Positions 63,369 to 64,000 of a DNA stretch of 64,000 nucleotides are shown piece after piece (within the stretch, counting starts at the first letter, position 1; each line of letters opens with the position of its first letter). The notes under the pieces were generated by a model. That model did not search any database, was not told the origin of the DNA, and saw nothing but the letters and a program-made list of their open reading frames with translations. Position numbers and translations under genes: made by a program. This DNA comes from Phoronis australis (taxonomy: Eukaryota > Animalia > Phoronida), in assembly GCA_002633005.1 (NCBI GenBank), contig NMRA01000036.1:186001-250000 (forward strand). The letters are read 5' to 3'.

Positions 63369-64000
63369 GTATGGGTACATTAATTATAGTTAAATTTATT
63401 TTAATACTATACAATCTCTTTAAAAGAAATATTTAAAAAATGCAGTGTTCTAGATTTTTGCTTTATGTTAAATTGATATGAATTATGGTATTTTAGTAAT
63501 TTCGCCTAAGACTGGGGTTTTGTCAAAGATCCTAATAGTGCAATTAGTAGCTACCATCAGAAATGAGAGAATTGTTCAGTTTAAAAGTTTTCCTTGCAGT
63601 GTAATAGCAGGAATCTTGTTGTTTTTATGTGGGTGATTCTCTCTGCAAATGACAATTCCCACTCTCAAATCATTTAATTACTAGCAGCAATTTTAATCTT
63701 GTTCAATTTTTTGAGAGTGAACAAAGGTTACACAGCATAATTTTGTATCAAAATTGAAGGAATCTGACTGCAGTCAATCTTTGTTTATTAAATTTAACTT
63801 GTTAAATGTATTTATCGTTATTTATTTGACATTTGCAACTTTTATTTTCACATCAACCCTTAGGGTTTATTTTACGTTACTCATTTCTATTTATGTCCTG
63901 TGGTTCTAATTTTGTATTCCTACTCCTCTCTACTCGACACGTGATGGGTCACTCATATTTCCTTTGTTCAGTATAGCGTAGTCTATTTCATTTAGCCACC

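Overview
AT-rich metazoan (invertebrate-like) genomic DNA, not prokaryotic. The window holds the 5' halves of two paralogous, multi-exon, long non-classical cadherin genes arranged head-to-head. Both look like the Cad87A/CDH23-related (Cr-2-type) family. Gene A (- strand, ATG 25274, 22 coding exons down to position 90, ~1037 codons) encodes a signal peptide plus EC1-EC9 and the start of EC10. Gene B (+ strand, ATG 29266, 27 coding exons up to 63368, ~1209 codons) encodes a signal peptide plus EC1-EC10 and the start of EC11. Both genes run off the window edges, so no transmembrane or cytoplasmic domain is visible. All exons were chained by hand with GT-AG sites and consistent phases, and 21 intron positions are shared between the paralogs. 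A CpG-rich segment at ~26.9-27.6 kb is the likely shared bidirectional promoter. Introns contain minisatellites (19, 38, 45 and 52 bp units), MITE-like and foldback elements, tRNA-derived SINEs and a truncated LINE with a target-site duplication. Most ORF-track entries are intronic noise or exons read through into introns.
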